DNA of 64,000 nt from Pseudomonadota bacterium (GTDB taxonomy: Bacteria; Bdellovibrionota_B; Oligoflexia; Oligoflexales; RGVZ01). Position 1 is the first letter of the stretch, and every line of letters begins with the position of its first letter. Position numbers and translations under genes: made by a program. Below are positions 28,412 through 38,463 of the stretch, one piece after another. The stretch spans positions 32,001-96,000 of the forward strand of contig JBEGVZ010000119.1 of the NCBI GenBank assembly GCA_041178085.1, read 5' to 3'. Below the pieces are notes generated by a model that saw only the letters and a list, made by a program, of their open reading frames with translations, was not told the origin of the DNA and searched no databases.

Positions 28412-29958
28412 AAAAGGATTTTAGACTCCGCTGATGGATCTACTGCGCATCCAGAGGCATTTCCTGCCCCCGTGTTGCCGATCACCGAGACTGTAAAATT
28501 TCCAGGGCCAAAAAGGTTTACGGCCCTCGTTCGCAAGAGTGCTGGTAAATCACCGGCGTTGGTCACGCCATCATAGTTTATGAATCCGCCTTTTTGCTGG
28601 CCGTACCATGTGCTGAACCATACTTCGCCACTGAAAATGTCGTCTGGATAGACCTCCTTGAAATAATCGACAACCGATGGATAGGTCTTTCCCTGGTAAA
28701 TGAACGGCGCTGGATTGATGTTATTCCATTCGACGGGCACCGACGATCCGACCTGGTGCGACCATTGAAGCACCGTGTTGCATGTGTCGTTGTCACTCAA
28801 ACGATATTTCCCGGATTGAATCTCTGCGGCGTAGGTTTGCCTGAAATACTGCAAGTAATCTGCCCTCTGTTCGGTTGTGCACGCTTCATGGGAATTCATT
28901 GGTTTCGATGGATCACAAAGTGAATTGATCTTGCACCGTTTTTGTAGCCTTTGGAGGCTAGGCTGGCGGTCGCAATAGCCGTCATTGACAGTGCTGTCGC
29001 ATTTTGCCTGATAATTCATGGTCACGACGGTTTGCAAACTCCTGGCAATGGCATTGGTGTTTTGGTAGGCAAGCACGGTTTGCTTGTTGGCGTACGGACA
29101 GGGCAGTAACCTGCTTGTCTGGTCCTCATCCGAAATGATCAGGAACGCAACGCGGTCCTTGCTGGCAAAGATTTTATTCGGACCATCGTTATCCAGCATG
29201 GCTGCCATGGCGCAAAGAGGCATCTCTTCGGGATTTCCGCGATCTCCCAGGATGATCTCTTGCTTCAGCTTCGACCGCACGGCCGCGAAATCCTGCGCCG
29301 ACATGTTGTCGGTAAATTTAAGGGTCCCGTCCTGGCTGGTGAATCCGGACTGGTTGATGACGAATTTTGTCATGGCCTCTTCCGGGACGAAATCGAGCTC
29401 GTTGGAAGTTGCCGTGATCCAGATGCCACCCTTCCTGACCGTCGGGATGAAGGCAAGGGACGGTTTCAATGTGTCAGAAAGGATCTCGGAATAGTGAAGT
29501 CCAGGCCAGGTTGCGAAGGTGTTACCCAGGGGAAGATGCTTCAGGACATAATTGTTCAGGTAATTTGTCCCAAAAAACTTGAAGGTCCGGTTGAAGATTG
29601 ATGAAGAGTAAAGATAAACGGTCACATTCTTACCGCGGACGCTTTCCATGGCTGAATCAAGGGCCTTCGCCAAGAGCTGTTGCTTCGGCACCATGGACGA
29701 AGAGTCGTCAACAATCAGGACCAGCTTCAAGGGCTCTGACGTGTCATCAAAGCGCAAGTTCAGGGCAAAATCTGGCGCCTTCGCCGGGGCAACTTGCGGA
29801 CGGTCAAGCGGGCGCCCCGTTATCGCGCTTTCGGTCTGTTGGACGATTGCATGATTGTCGGGGCCGTTTGAGTCCGTAATGCCTGAAAACTTAGCGATGC
29901 GAGAACAGGCTGTCGTCGCCAGCAGGCTGGCGATCGGAATTAAGAACTCGAATCGCAT
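28138..29958 (-). CDS. VWA/MIDAS-like lipoprotein
   Basis: Lipobox TTAC; LIVDDSSSM (DxSxS), LIISDED, SVCEADY; alternative start at 29985. Confidence 0.75.
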   Translation of the reverse strand: MRFEFLIPIASLLATTACSRIAKFSGITDSNGPDNHAIVQQTESAITGRPLDRPQVAPAKAPDFALNLRFDDTSEPLKLVLIVDDSSSMVPKQQLLAKALDSAMESVRGKNVTVYLYSSSIFNRTFKFFGTNYLNNYVLKHLPLGNTFATWPGLHYSEILSDTLKPSLAFIPTVRKGGIWITATSNELDFVPEEAMTKFVINQSGFTSQDGTLKFTDNMSAQDFAAVRSKLKQEIILGDRGNPEEMPLCAMAAMLDNDGPNKIFASKDRVAFLIISDEDQTSRLLPCPYANKQTVLAYQNTNAIARSLQTVVTMNYQAKCDSTVNDGYCDRQPSLQRLQKRCKINSLCDPSKPMNSHEACTTEQRADYLQYFRQTYAAEIQSGKYRLSDNDTCNTVLQWSHQVGSSVPVEWNNINPAPFIYQGKTYPSVVDYFKEVYPDDIFSGEVWFSTWYGQQKGGFINYDGVTNAGDLPALLRTRAVNLFGPGNFTVSVIGNTGAGNASGCAVDPSAESKILFSAADSRSSVCEADYSKGLAWLQGFASKKLFRSYQVPAKYVASEYQLLIAADGKESVLGPDQYTYDVSMEMLTLTVNVPYVHDAKIIARAK

Positions 29959-29993
29959 CCGGAATTTTAGGCTTCCTCTCAGCATGTAACGGA

Positions 29994-30021
29994 GTATCGG
30001 ATCCGGGGCGACCGATGCTTA
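29994..30021 (-). promoter_or_regulatory. putative sigma28 promoter
   Basis: TAAG-N17-CCGA (TCCGATAC) on the minus strand. Confidence 0.5.
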
Positions 30022-30075
30022 CGGGTAATTCGGCTTTACGATTAACCATCCATTATCATTGATGATATTAGACCA

Positions 30076-31395
30076 TCAGAGAGGCTTGTAGGGCTGAAAG
30101 AACTGGTTGAGTCCAAGGGACACACCTGATGTCCTGATTTCGTTGCTCCGACCCCAGCCATAATCGATTCGAAACACCAGCCGGTGAACCTTCGGAATGG
30201 CAATGCGTACACCAGCACCAGCCGAACGAAAGACGTCTTTTTTCGCGTCAGCAAAATCGTCACCTGCGATGCCGGCGTCCGTGAACAGGACTCCTGCCAG
30301 CTTCACAGCGCGTGAAGTAAACACTTCTGAACGCAGTTCGAGGTTGCCGTAGGCGGCAAAGGGGCCCTGACGAATACCGTCTGGAAAACCCCGCACGGAG
30401 TCAAAACCGCCTAGATGAAACACGTTGGAAATCGTCGGCGCCCCGGCAGACTGCATGTAAGCATGTGCTGCCATGTTGAACGTCTGCACCGGGCGCAGGA
30501 AGGCAAATCCCTCGACTTCCGCATAACGAGAATCACCGGGGTTTTCGACACCCGCCGAACGGGACACGCCCCACTTTAAACTTGCACGGACCCCGTCAAG
30601 CAACTGGTCCTCGACTGCCATATTGTCAAACACTGCCGACAGCAGAAGACGGTTCTCAGACGATGCGTCACCTGCCGGTAAATCGATTCCGGTCAAGGGA
30701 CTGCCTTCGATCGAGGGACGGCCGTCGCGCCTGCTCAAAAACTCAAACCCAGCCTGTAAAATCAGCGGATCCAGCGGACCGGTAATAGAATCAATCAACG
30801 AAAAAAGATGCTGGGCGCGGACAAAAGAGCTGTCAAAACCGAGTACCCCCGTTTCGTTTCCTGCTGCGTCATAAAAAGTCCGGCGGCGAAAATCCCGCCA
30901 TAGCTCAATCCCGGCAGAACTCCTGCCCTGTCCAGCGCGCGGAAGTTTTGCCCAGAGCGTGAATCCCGCCGGCGCACTGCCATATTTTTTGGTTTCCGCA
31001 CCCAGGGTGACCAGGCGGCCAAGAGCGTGGGTTTCATAAACCCCGGCGACCAGCAGGGGAGTACCGCCGCCGTAAGCGCCACGCACGACCGGGATGGTTG
31101 TCCATTTTTCTTCCACGTCGATCACGAGGCGACCGTCCGCTAGACGGACGTCCACGCGCAGGAAAACATCCGTAGTCAGGAGTTTCGTGCGGATACGCTC
31201 CAGGTCAGCGTTCGCCAAATCGGCTGGCAAGGCCAATCCAAGATAATGTTTGAGCCAATCCGGATCGGTGCGGGAGATTCCGCGAAATTCAAAATCACGG
31301 GCAACTTCCCCGTAGCAGGAACCCTGCGCAAACAAGAACAGGAAAAATGCGCAGGCATAAGGCAGCGCGCTGCGCCAGCAAGAAAGCCAGCTCAC
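30076..31395 (-). CDS. Omp85/BamA-TamA family outer-membrane protein with a single POTRA
   Basis: Signal peptide; POTRA-like FRGISRT...IDVEEKW; lid motif GGFDSVRGF; RIDYGWG. Confidence 0.8.
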   Translation of the reverse strand: MSWLSCWRSALPYACAFFLFLFAQGSCYGEVARDFEFRGISRTDPDWLKHYLGLALPADLANADLERIRTKLLTTDVFLRVDVRLADGRLVIDVEEKWTTIPVVRGAYGGGTPLLVAGVYETHALGRLVTLGAETKKYGSAPAGFTLWAKLPRAGQGRSSAGIELWRDFRRRTFYDAAGNETGVLGFDSSFVRAQHLFSLIDSITGPLDPLILQAGFEFLSRRDGRPSIEGSPLTGIDLPAGDASSENRLLLSAVFDNMAVEDQLLDGVRASLKWGVSRSAGVENPGDSRYAEVEGFAFLRPVQTFNMAAHAYMQSAGAPTISNVFHLGGFDSVRGFPDGIRQGPFAAYGNLELRSEVFTSRAVKLAGVLFTDAGIAGDDFADAKKDVFRSAGAGVRIAIPKVHRLVFRIDYGWGRSNEIRTSGVSLGLNQFFQPYKPL

Positions 31396-32378
31396 AGAAA
31401 CGGATCCACGTGGGAAAGATAACGGCTTACGTATTCCTTCACGCCCTCTTCAAGGCGCGTAAATGGTTTCGTGTATCCACCCTCTTCACGCAGCCGGCCA
31501 AGGTTGGCTTCGGTGAAATACTGATACTGGGCTTTCAAATCCTCTGGCATCTCGATCCACTCAAACTTGGATTCGGGCTTGCCAACCGCAGCAAACACCG
31601 CACGGCCAAGATCCGCGAAGGAACGGGCCTCGCCGCTACCAACGTTATAGATACCGGATTTTGCCGCCTCATTGGGGCGCATGAAGTGACTGATGACCTG
31701 AACCACGTCCTTGACCCAGACAAAATCGCGGCGCTGTTCGCCGTGGCCAATCCCGTCTTTATAGGACTTGAAAAGCTTTAGGATGCCCCGGTCCCTGACC
31801 TGGGGAAAGGCATGAAAGACAACGCTGGCCTGCCCCCCCTTGTGGTACTCCTGTGGGCCATAGACGTTGAAAAACTTAAGTCCCGCCCAAAACGGGGGAC
31901 GCTCGCGCTGTTTCAAGACCCACTGGTCGAAGAGATGCTTGCTGTAACCGTACGGGTTGATCGGCCGGAGGCGGCTGAGAAGCTGGGGATCGTCCGAGTA
32001 GCCGTGCTCCCCCATGCCGTATGTGGCGGCGGATGAAGCGTAGACAAAGGGGATTTTTTCGCGCGCAGCATACTGAAACAACTCCACGGAATAATTGAAG
32101 TTATTCCGAATCAGATAGTCGACATCCTTTTCCGTCGTCGTGGAACAGGCCCCCATGTGGACGATTGCCTGAATGGCGGCCGGACGCGTCTTGGTGCCCA
32201 GCCAGCTGAGCAGTTCATCCTTGTGAAGGGCGTAAGTGATCTGGCGCTTGGCCAGGTTTCGCCACTTGTGTCCCGTTCCAAATTCGTCGGCTACGACGAT
32301 GTCCCGCTGGCCCTCCTCGTTCAGATGAGCCACGAAGGCGCTGCCAATGAAACCTGCGCCGCCGGTAACCACGATCAT
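31392..32378 (-). CDS. hldD: ADP-L-glycero-D-manno-heptose 6-epimerase
   Basis: MIVVTGGAGFIGS, HMGACSTT, YASSAATYG, YGYSK, FFNVYGPQEYHKG, YQYFTEA. Confidence 0.95.
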   Translation of the reverse strand: MIVVTGGAGFIGSAFVAHLNEEGQRDIVVADEFGTGHKWRNLAKRQITYALHKDELLSWLGTKTRPAAIQAIVHMGACSTTTEKDVDYLIRNNFNYSVELFQYAAREKIPFVYASSAATYGMGEHGYSDDPQLLSRLRPINPYGYSKHLFDQWVLKQRERPPFWAGLKFFNVYGPQEYHKGGQASVVFHAFPQVRDRGILKLFKSYKDGIGHGEQRRDFVWVKDVVQVISHFMRPNEAAKSGIYNVGSGEARSFADLGRAVFAAVGKPESKFEWIEMPEDLKAQYQYFTEANLGRLREEGGYTKPFTRLEEGVKEYVSRYLSHVDPFL

Positions 32379-32437
32379 GGGGACGTCCTCCGTTTCCCGT
32401 TTCTCATTTCATACAATTCTACTAGAGTCGCCGCCAT

Positions 32438-32761
32438 ATGTTTGGACTTGGGATATCTGAAATCATTGTCATTGTCGTCGCCGGGCTGATCTTTATCGGC
32501 CCCAAACAACTGCCGGATTTCATCCGTTCGGCCGGGCGGCTTTTCGTCCAGGTGCGTCGTGCGGCCAACGAGGTCAAAGGCACCGTCGATGGGGTCATTC
32601 GCGAAGCCGAAGATGAACTCCGTAAAGAAAAAGATTCCATCACCCAGTCGCCCGAAATCAAGGAGCTGGCTGCCGTGAAAAACGACATCGAATCGACCAT
32701 GCGCAGGGGATCGTTTGACGACTCTTCGCTGGCATTGCCTTTCGGAAGCATGACCCCTTGA
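32438..32761 (+). CDS. tatB: Tat translocase subunit TatB (TatA/B family)
   Basis: MFGLGISEIIVIVVAGLIFIGPKQLP. Confidence 0.85.
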   Translation: MFGLGISEIIVIVVAGLIFIGPKQLPDFIRSAGRLFVQVRRAANEVKGTVDGVIREAEDELRKEKDSITQSPEIKELAAVKNDIESTMRRGSFDDSSLALPFGSMTP

Positions 32762-34002
32762 TCGGCTTTCACCGGGAAAACGGCAAGATCCACTGCGATG
32801 GCATCGCCCTGGAGCGTATCGCCCGCAACCTCAAGACGCCCTGCTACCTGTACTCGCGGGCCTTTTTCGAGTCCCGGCTGGACCGGCTCGGACAGGCATT
32901 CAGCGGGTTCAACCTGTTGCCCTGCTTTGCCATGAAATCCAACCACCACCCCTTTTTCCTGACCACCCTCCGGGGAAGAAAAGCGCCCGCATGGGGTATC
33001 GATGTGGTTTCGGGGGGGGAACTCTCCCATGCCTTGAAACATGGCTTTGACGCGAAAAACTCCGTGTTCTCTGGCGTTGGCAAGTCCATGGCAGAACTGG
33101 ATCTGGCGGTTGCAAACGATATCCTTTTGAACGTCGAAAGCCTTTTTGAACTTGAGATGATCGTAAACTCTGCTGGCAACGCCGGAAAAAAAGCACGCGT
33201 CGGCATCCGGATCAACCCCGACATCGATGCCCACACCCATCCGAAAATCACGACAGGCACGGATAAGAACAAATTTGGGCTGGCCGTCACGCGCTTGCCG
33301 GATGCGTTACATTACATTGCGAAAAAACATGACTCGATCACACTCGAGGCGCTCTCTGTGCACATTGGCAGCCAGCTGACGGACCTGCCTGCGTGGACGG
33401 CTTCGTGTGCAGCCCTTGTGGAACAGGCGGACAGGATCCACACGGATAACCATCCAGCCCTGAACGGCAGACAACTTAAATCCCTCGATTTCGGCGGCGG
33501 ATTCCCCGTGCGCTACCGGGATGAAGAGGAAGTCCCGCCGATAGAAGATTTTGCCGCCGCGTTGAAGGCTGTACTTCACAACGCGAAGACTGCAGCAACT
33601 CGCAACTGCACAGTGATCATTGAGCCGGGACGCTGGGTCGTTGCAGAGTGCGGGGCACTCCTATCCCGTGTCATCGGAGTCAAGGAATCCTTCGTCATCA
33701 TCGATGCTTCCATGACTGAACTGGTGCGCCCAGCCATGTACGAGGCCCGTCATGATATCTGGGTAGACGGTGAGACTGCGACGTCCTCACCATCGCGCGT
33801 GAAGTTCGATTTCGCGGGACCGGTCTGTGAATCGAGCGATGTGATGGGCTTTGATATTCCGTGCGCCCACCAACCAGTCCAAGGCGACCTGGTTTTGATC
33901 CTTCAAGCTGGTGCCTACGGCGCGTCGATGGCGTCAACCTACAACATGCGCCCACTGCCGGCCGAATTCGTGGTCAACCAGGACGGTTCGCTTATTTCTT
34001 GA
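32758..34002 (+). CDS. lysA: diaminopimelate decarboxylase
   Basis: FAMKSN, DVVSGGE, HIGSQ, EPGR, GPVCESSD, GAYG...YN motifs. Confidence 0.95.
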   Translation: MIGFHRENGKIHCDGIALERIARNLKTPCYLYSRAFFESRLDRLGQAFSGFNLLPCFAMKSNHHPFFLTTLRGRKAPAWGIDVVSGGELSHALKHGFDAKNSVFSGVGKSMAELDLAVANDILLNVESLFELEMIVNSAGNAGKKARVGIRINPDIDAHTHPKITTGTDKNKFGLAVTRLPDALHYIAKKHDSITLEALSVHIGSQLTDLPAWTASCAALVEQADRIHTDNHPALNGRQLKSLDFGGGFPVRYRDEEEVPPIEDFAAALKAVLHNAKTAATRNCTVIIEPGRWVVAECGALLSRVIGVKESFVIIDASMTELVRPAMYEARHDIWVDGETATSSPSRVKFDFAGPVCESSDVMGFDIPCAHQPVQGDLVLILQAGAYGASMASTYNMRPLPAEFVVNQDGSLIS

Positions 34003-34462
34003 CGTAGTCGCGGATCATCTTGACGAGGCCGTCAATCTCATCCTTCGAGAGAACTCCGCCCCATGGAGGCATGGTGCCGCTAAGGCCTTTCGCAGCTCCA
34101 CCTTTCTCAATCACGACGTAGATGTGGGCGTCGTCAACCTTGGCTTGCCAAGCCGCGTCATGGAAGTTTCGTGGCTTCGGATTCAGGCCAGCAGAAGCTG
34201 CGCCGTTACCCTTGCCATCTTCACCGTGACAGCTGGCGCACATGGTGGCGTATTTGGCAAAAACAGGATTTGCTTCAACGACAGCGGCGCCCTTCGGGGG
34301 CAATTCACCTTTGGCCGTGAGCTTTGGCAATGGACGATGGGCGATTTCACGCTCGTCGCGGGTTTGCTTCCAGAAGCGGCGCGGATCGTACTGCTCCATG
34401 CAACCAGAGGTCACCACAAGAAACCCGATCAAGGTAAACAGGGAAGCAAGTCTGGATGCCAT
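33992..34462 (-). CDS. monoheme cytochrome c lipoprotein
   Basis: CASCHG, PKPRNF, MPPW; lipobox-like TSGC. Confidence 0.88.
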   Translation of the reverse strand: MASRLASLFTLIGFLVVTSGCMEQYDPRRFWKQTRDEREIAHRPLPKLTAKGELPPKGAAVVEANPVFAKYATMCASCHGEDGKGNGAASAGLNPKPRNFHDAAWQAKVDDAHIYVVIEKGGAAKGLSGTMPPWGGVLSKDEIDGLVKMIRDYVKK

Positions 34463-34787
34463 GAAAAATACCCCTCAGCCAAGTAAGGCGACGAACGAAA
34501 CAGCCCGTAAAGATTAGCTGATCAGGGCATCCCTTCCAATCAGAATTGCGCGGGCAAATTCCTTGCTCATTTTTTAAGCAGAAGGGGTTATGCAAGTCCG
34601 CCAAGGACCCGTCGCTGCGCCAAAAACATGGCGCAAGCCCGACCGGATCTTTGACGGCACCGTCAAAATGGTGGATTTCCAAGTCCCGGGCGAACCACCA
34701 AAATCACGAAGATTCTCCAGTCGGTTCGCTGTCATCAGACAAACCACCAATGTCCATTTGCCGCGTCAATCCGATGACAACACGCCT

Positions 34788-34803
34788 TGGCACGCCTTTT
34801 GTA
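34788..34803 (+). promoter_or_regulatory. putative sigma54 promoter of the flagellar operon
   Basis: TGGCACG-CCTT-TTGTA, one mismatch to TGGCACG-N4-TTGCW, ~90 bp before fliL. Confidence 0.55.
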
Positions 34804-34890
34804 TGAGTAGGCAGGGAAATCCCAGATCCATCGTCGAATCGAGCTTGCACGAAGAAAATTTTGCGCACCACTGCGCGACCGGGACGCATC

Positions 34891-35673
34891 ATGTCTGACA
34901 AAAAAGAAGAGAAAAAAGACGAGAAGAAGGCCGCCGGGGAAAAGGGTGCCGAGGCAACCCCCGAAGACGAAGCCAAAAAGAAGAAGAAGAAACTTCTTAT
35001 CATGGCAATCGGCGGTGTCGTCGGTGTTGGCGCCATCGGCGGCGGCGCAGCCTTTTTTCTGATGTCGAAGAAGCCGGCACCAGCTGCGGCAGGCGACCAG
35101 AAGGCCGAGACGCACGACGGCAAGAAGCCAGAAGATGGGGGCCACGGAGGTGAAAAACCTGCCGACGCCGCACATCAAGGTGAGAAAAAAGATGATGCCC
35201 ATGCCGGAGATAAAAAAGAAGGCGCTGAAAAGAAAGACGGCGACGCCCATGGCGGCGACAAAAAAGAGGGTGGTGAGAAGAAGGAAGGCGACGCTCACGC
35301 AGGCGATAAAAAAGAGGGCGATGGTCACGGCGGTGGCAAATCCGGTGGCAGCGACGCCGGGACACCAGACTTTGGCCAGACCTATGCTTTCTCTCCCTTC
35401 AACATCAACCTGGGCAATCCCCTGGACAACCACTACGCACGCCTCGAGGTGACGGTTGAATTTTTCGGCGGTGCTGACCAGGAAGGCGAGATCAAGAAAC
35501 GCCTGCCGCAGCTGCGTGATGCGATCGTTTCAGTCGCCAGCAAAAAGTCGCGGGAATTCCTGCTGGGGCCCGATGGCAAGGATCAGCTGCGCCTTGAGAT
35601 CAAGAACCGCTTGAACCAGTACATGACCCGCAAGATCGAAAACGTTTACATCACCGACATTCTCATTGAGTAG
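34891..35673 (+). CDS. fliL: flagellar basal body protein FliL
   Basis: TM helix; FNINLG...YARLEV, PQLRDAI, GKDQLRLEI..RLN; first gene before fliM. Confidence 0.9.
   Translation: MSDKKEEKKDEKKAAGEKGAEATPEDEAKKKKKKLLIMAIGGVVGVGAIGGGAAFFLMSKKPAPAAAGDQKAETHDGKKPEDGGHGGEKPADAAHQGEKKDDAHAGDKKEGAEKKDGDAHGGDKKEGGEKKEGDAHAGDKKEGDGHGGGKSGGSDAGTPDFGQTYAFSPFNINLGNPLDNHYARLEVTVEFFGGADQEGEIKKRLPQLRDAIVSVASKKSREFLLGPDGKDQLRLEIKNRLNQYMTRKIENVYITDILIE
35197..35322 (+). repeat. 48-bp (16-aa) tandem repeat inside fliL, ~2.6 copies
   Basis: AH(A/G)GDKKEG(A/G)EKK(D/E)GD units start at 35197, 35245 and 35293. Confidence 0.8.
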
Positions 35674-35682
35674 GACGGAGCG

Positions 35683-36669
35683 ATGAACCAGGTCTTGTCA
35701 CAAAGCGAAGTCGATGCGCTGCTTTCTGCCGTCTCGGACAACCGTCCAGAAGGATCGGAAACCGGCGGTGGAGGCGCCGCGCCCGGCAAAGCCGGCATCA
35801 TGGGTTACGACCTGGCCAACCAGGACCGGATTATCCGCGGCCGCATGCCGACCCTTGATATCATTCATGATCGATTTATCCGCCTGTTCCGCGTGACGTT
35901 GTCCAACTCACTGCGCAAGATGGCAAATCTGAGCGTGAACTCGACCGGACCGTTGAAGTTTTCCGAATTCATGAACTCACTGCCACTGCCGTCTTGTTTG
36001 AACATACTCCGTCTGGAGCCCCTCCGCGGTGCGGCCGTGATGGTGATCGAGTCCAAGCTGCTGTATGCGCTGGTAGACAGCCTCTTTGGCGGAAACGACG
36101 TCCCGTACACCAAGATCGAAGGCAAGGATTTCACACCGATCGAGATCAAGATTGCCCGCAGGATTGTCATGGCGGCGATCGACGACCTGGAGAAGGCGTG
36201 GGAACCAGTATACCCGCTGAAAATCGGTTACAGCCGGACCGAGATCAACCCGCAGTTCGTCGCCGTCGTGCCGCCCTCTGACGTGGTCATCGCGACGACT
36301 TTCGATATCGAACTTGAGAAGGTCTCCGGGACCATCAAGATCGTCGTCCCGTATTCGACCCTTGAGCCGATCAAATCAAAACTTTCCGTCGGGTTCCAAA
36401 GTGAGCAGCTGGAAGTCGACTTCATCTGGATCAACCGGATCAAAGAAAAAATCATGGGCACGGATGCCAACATCATTGTGCGCCTGGGCGACGCAGACAT
36501 CAGCGTCAAGGATCTGATGAACCTTGAGCCGGGTGACATCATTCAACTGAATAACGACGCCACGCTGCCACTCGACGTGCTGGTCGAGGGCGTGCCGAAA
36601 TTCCGCGGCGTACCCGGACTTCTCAAGGGCAGCCGGGCGATCAAGATCACGGAATCGCTCATCGAGTAA
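35683..36669 (+). CDS. fliM: flagellar motor switch protein FliM
   Basis: VLSQSEVDALL CheY-binding peptide; C-terminal SpoA domain. Confidence 0.97.
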   Translation: MNQVLSQSEVDALLSAVSDNRPEGSETGGGGAAPGKAGIMGYDLANQDRIIRGRMPTLDIIHDRFIRLFRVTLSNSLRKMANLSVNSTGPLKFSEFMNSLPLPSCLNILRLEPLRGAAVMVIESKLLYALVDSLFGGNDVPYTKIEGKDFTPIEIKIARRIVMAAIDDLEKAWEPVYPLKIGYSRTEINPQFVAVVPPSDVVIATTFDIELEKVSGTIKIVVPYSTLEPIKSKLSVGFQSEQLEVDFIWINRIKEKIMGTDANIIVRLGDADISVKDLMNLEPGDIIQLNNDATLPLDVLVEGVPKFRGVPGLLKGSRAIKITESLIE

Positions 36670-36724
36670 GAAATCAGGCAAATAAAAGAACAGTCCAGAA
36701 AGATACGCCAGGGAGGGAGTCATC

Positions 36725-37117
36725 ATGGCTGACAATGCCGCCGAAAGCACCGCGACGAGTCCAGATTTTGACAACGCACTAAAAGACGGCGCCGCGGGGG
36801 GAGAAGCTGGCGAGGAGCGCAGTGGACGCCTTGCACGTACTGACTTCTCGAAGCTCAAAATGATCCTCGACGTCCCCCTGAAAGTCTCCGTCGAGCTTGG
36901 CCGCACCAAGATGCTGATCAACGACCTGCTCCAGCTTGGCCAGGGTTCGGTGATTGAACTCGACAAGATCGCCGGCGAGCCGATGGAAATCCTCATCAAC
37001 GACAAGTTGGTAGCGATGGGTGAGGTAGTGGTCGTCAATGAGAAGTTTGGCGTGCGACTGACGGACGTTGTTTCCCAGTTTGGCCTTAATGATTTGCAGC
37101 CTTCCAAAGAGGCCTGA
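36725..37117 (+). CDS. fliN: flagellar motor switch protein FliN
   Basis: [28 protein letters not shown]. Confidence 0.97.
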   Translation: MADNAAESTATSPDFDNALKDGAAGGEAGEERSGRLARTDFSKLKMILDVPLKVSVELGRTKMLINDLLQLGQGSVIELDKIAGEPMEILINDKLVAMGEVVVVNEKFGVRLTDVVSQFGLNDLQPSKEA

Positions 37118-37137
37118 TTACACCCGGGAGTCAATGC

Positions 37138-38463
37138 ATGAGCCGGTTTATTGAGTCAGCCCTGGTCACGACTTTGTTGTTCGCTCTCCCCGCCCTTGGG
37201 GAGGAACGGACCACATCACCTGCTGCATCGGCGCAGGCGCCTGGATCGATCACGCGAATCGAAGGCGAATCCGACAAGGCACTTTCGATTGTGACCGTGG
37301 GACTTTCCACCAAGCCGGTATGGTCCTCACCGGTGGTCGAGGACCACGGCACTTTTGTGCAAGTGTTGATGCCTTCCACTGTCGTCCCTGAGCCAGGCAC
37401 TTTCATTGACGCGAACAGCCCGTTTATCACCAAGATTGCGGCATTTCAGGTGAACAATCCGGCTTCCGGCCAGCCAACGGATGCGGCCATCCGGATGTTC
37501 GTCAATCGTGACGCAGCCGCCATCAGGGAAGCGACGGTGGCTGAAATTCTGGCCGACCGCCTGGTGGTCACACTGGATCACAAAAAGCTGGAAGGCGCGC
37601 TCGCAAGGTCCGGCACGCTGGCCAGCCCTGCTTCCGATTCCGTCCCCGCTGCAGAAACCGACCGCGAGCCCACACCAGCTGAGATCGTCCAAGGTACGGC
37701 ACTGGAAGAGAAATCGTCTGCCGCATCAGCATGGCCGGCTGCCGGCATCAGGGTCCCGAACCTCTCCAACAAGCTTGCCATTGTCAGTGGTTTTTCCCTG
37801 TTCATGCTGGTGCTGATGGGCGCGGTTTACCGCTTCAAACGGATCAATCCGCTTCGCAGCGGTGGTTTGCGCGAACATTTTGAAAACCCGGTCCGCCAAA
37901 TGAAAAAGATGGTCAAGCACCGCGTCCCGGCAAGCGAAGACGGCGACGACTACGCGCGCGACATCACCATGAAAACCATCTCGACCATGATTATCGGCGC
38001 CCGCCAGAAGCTTGCCCTTGTTCAGGTTGGGCCGGAAACCATTCTGCTTTCTGTGAGCCCGACCGGAGTGCAATTCTTGACCAATGTCGGCAATCAGGCC
38101 CGCCAAGTCGCGACCCAACCCGTGCAGATAGCGGCACCGGCGGGAATTGAGACCGTCAACCAAGCAGCCCTTCCCCAGGCACGCGGGTTCGAGGAACGCC
38201 TCGCGAGCGAGACACTCGACGAAGTCGCGCAGGTCACAAGACCATCCAAGGTGCCTGCCAGGACAGCCCTCAAGGTCAATACCCGCCAGGGCGCATCCAC
38301 CAGCAAAAAAGTCCGCGTCGCAGTCACGGATGAAGGTGTCACAGACATGTCTGGAAACGGACAAGCGCGGGACGCCAGACCTGAAACCAAGGATGACGAA
38401 AAACCATCTGACGACATTACGAGGTTGATCCGTGAGAAACTCCGGAACCTTCCAGTCATCTAG
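37138..38463 (+). CDS. fliO: FliO with large N-terminal periplasmic (AMIN-like) domain
   Basis: Lies between fliN and fliP; signal peptide, TM helix, then IGARQKLALVQVGPETILLSVS FliO motif. Confidence 0.7.
   Translation: MSRFIESALVTTLLFALPALGEERTTSPAASAQAPGSITRIEGESDKALSIVTVGLSTKPVWSSPVVEDHGTFVQVLMPSTVVPEPGTFIDANSPFITKIAAFQVNNPASGQPTDAAIRMFVNRDAAAIREATVAEILADRLVVTLDHKKLEGALARSGTLASPASDSVPAAETDREPTPAEIVQGTALEEKSSAASAWPAAGIRVPNLSNKLAIVSGFSLFMLVLMGAVYRFKRINPLRSGGLREHFENPVRQMKKMVKHRVPASEDGDDYARDITMKTISTMIIGARQKLALVQVGPETILLSVSPTGVQFLTNVGNQARQVATQPVQIAAPAGIETVNQAALPQARGFEERLASETLDEVAQVTRPSKVPARTALKVNTRQGASTSKKVRVAVTDEGVTDMSGNGQARDARPETKDDEKPSDDITRLIREKLRNLPVI

Noticed and set aside
34545..34650. 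c-di-GMP-I riboswitch upstream of fliL
   Set aside because: GGGCAAA is present, but the GNRA loop, GACGCAAAG and P3 elements could not be built; an Rfam scan would settle it.
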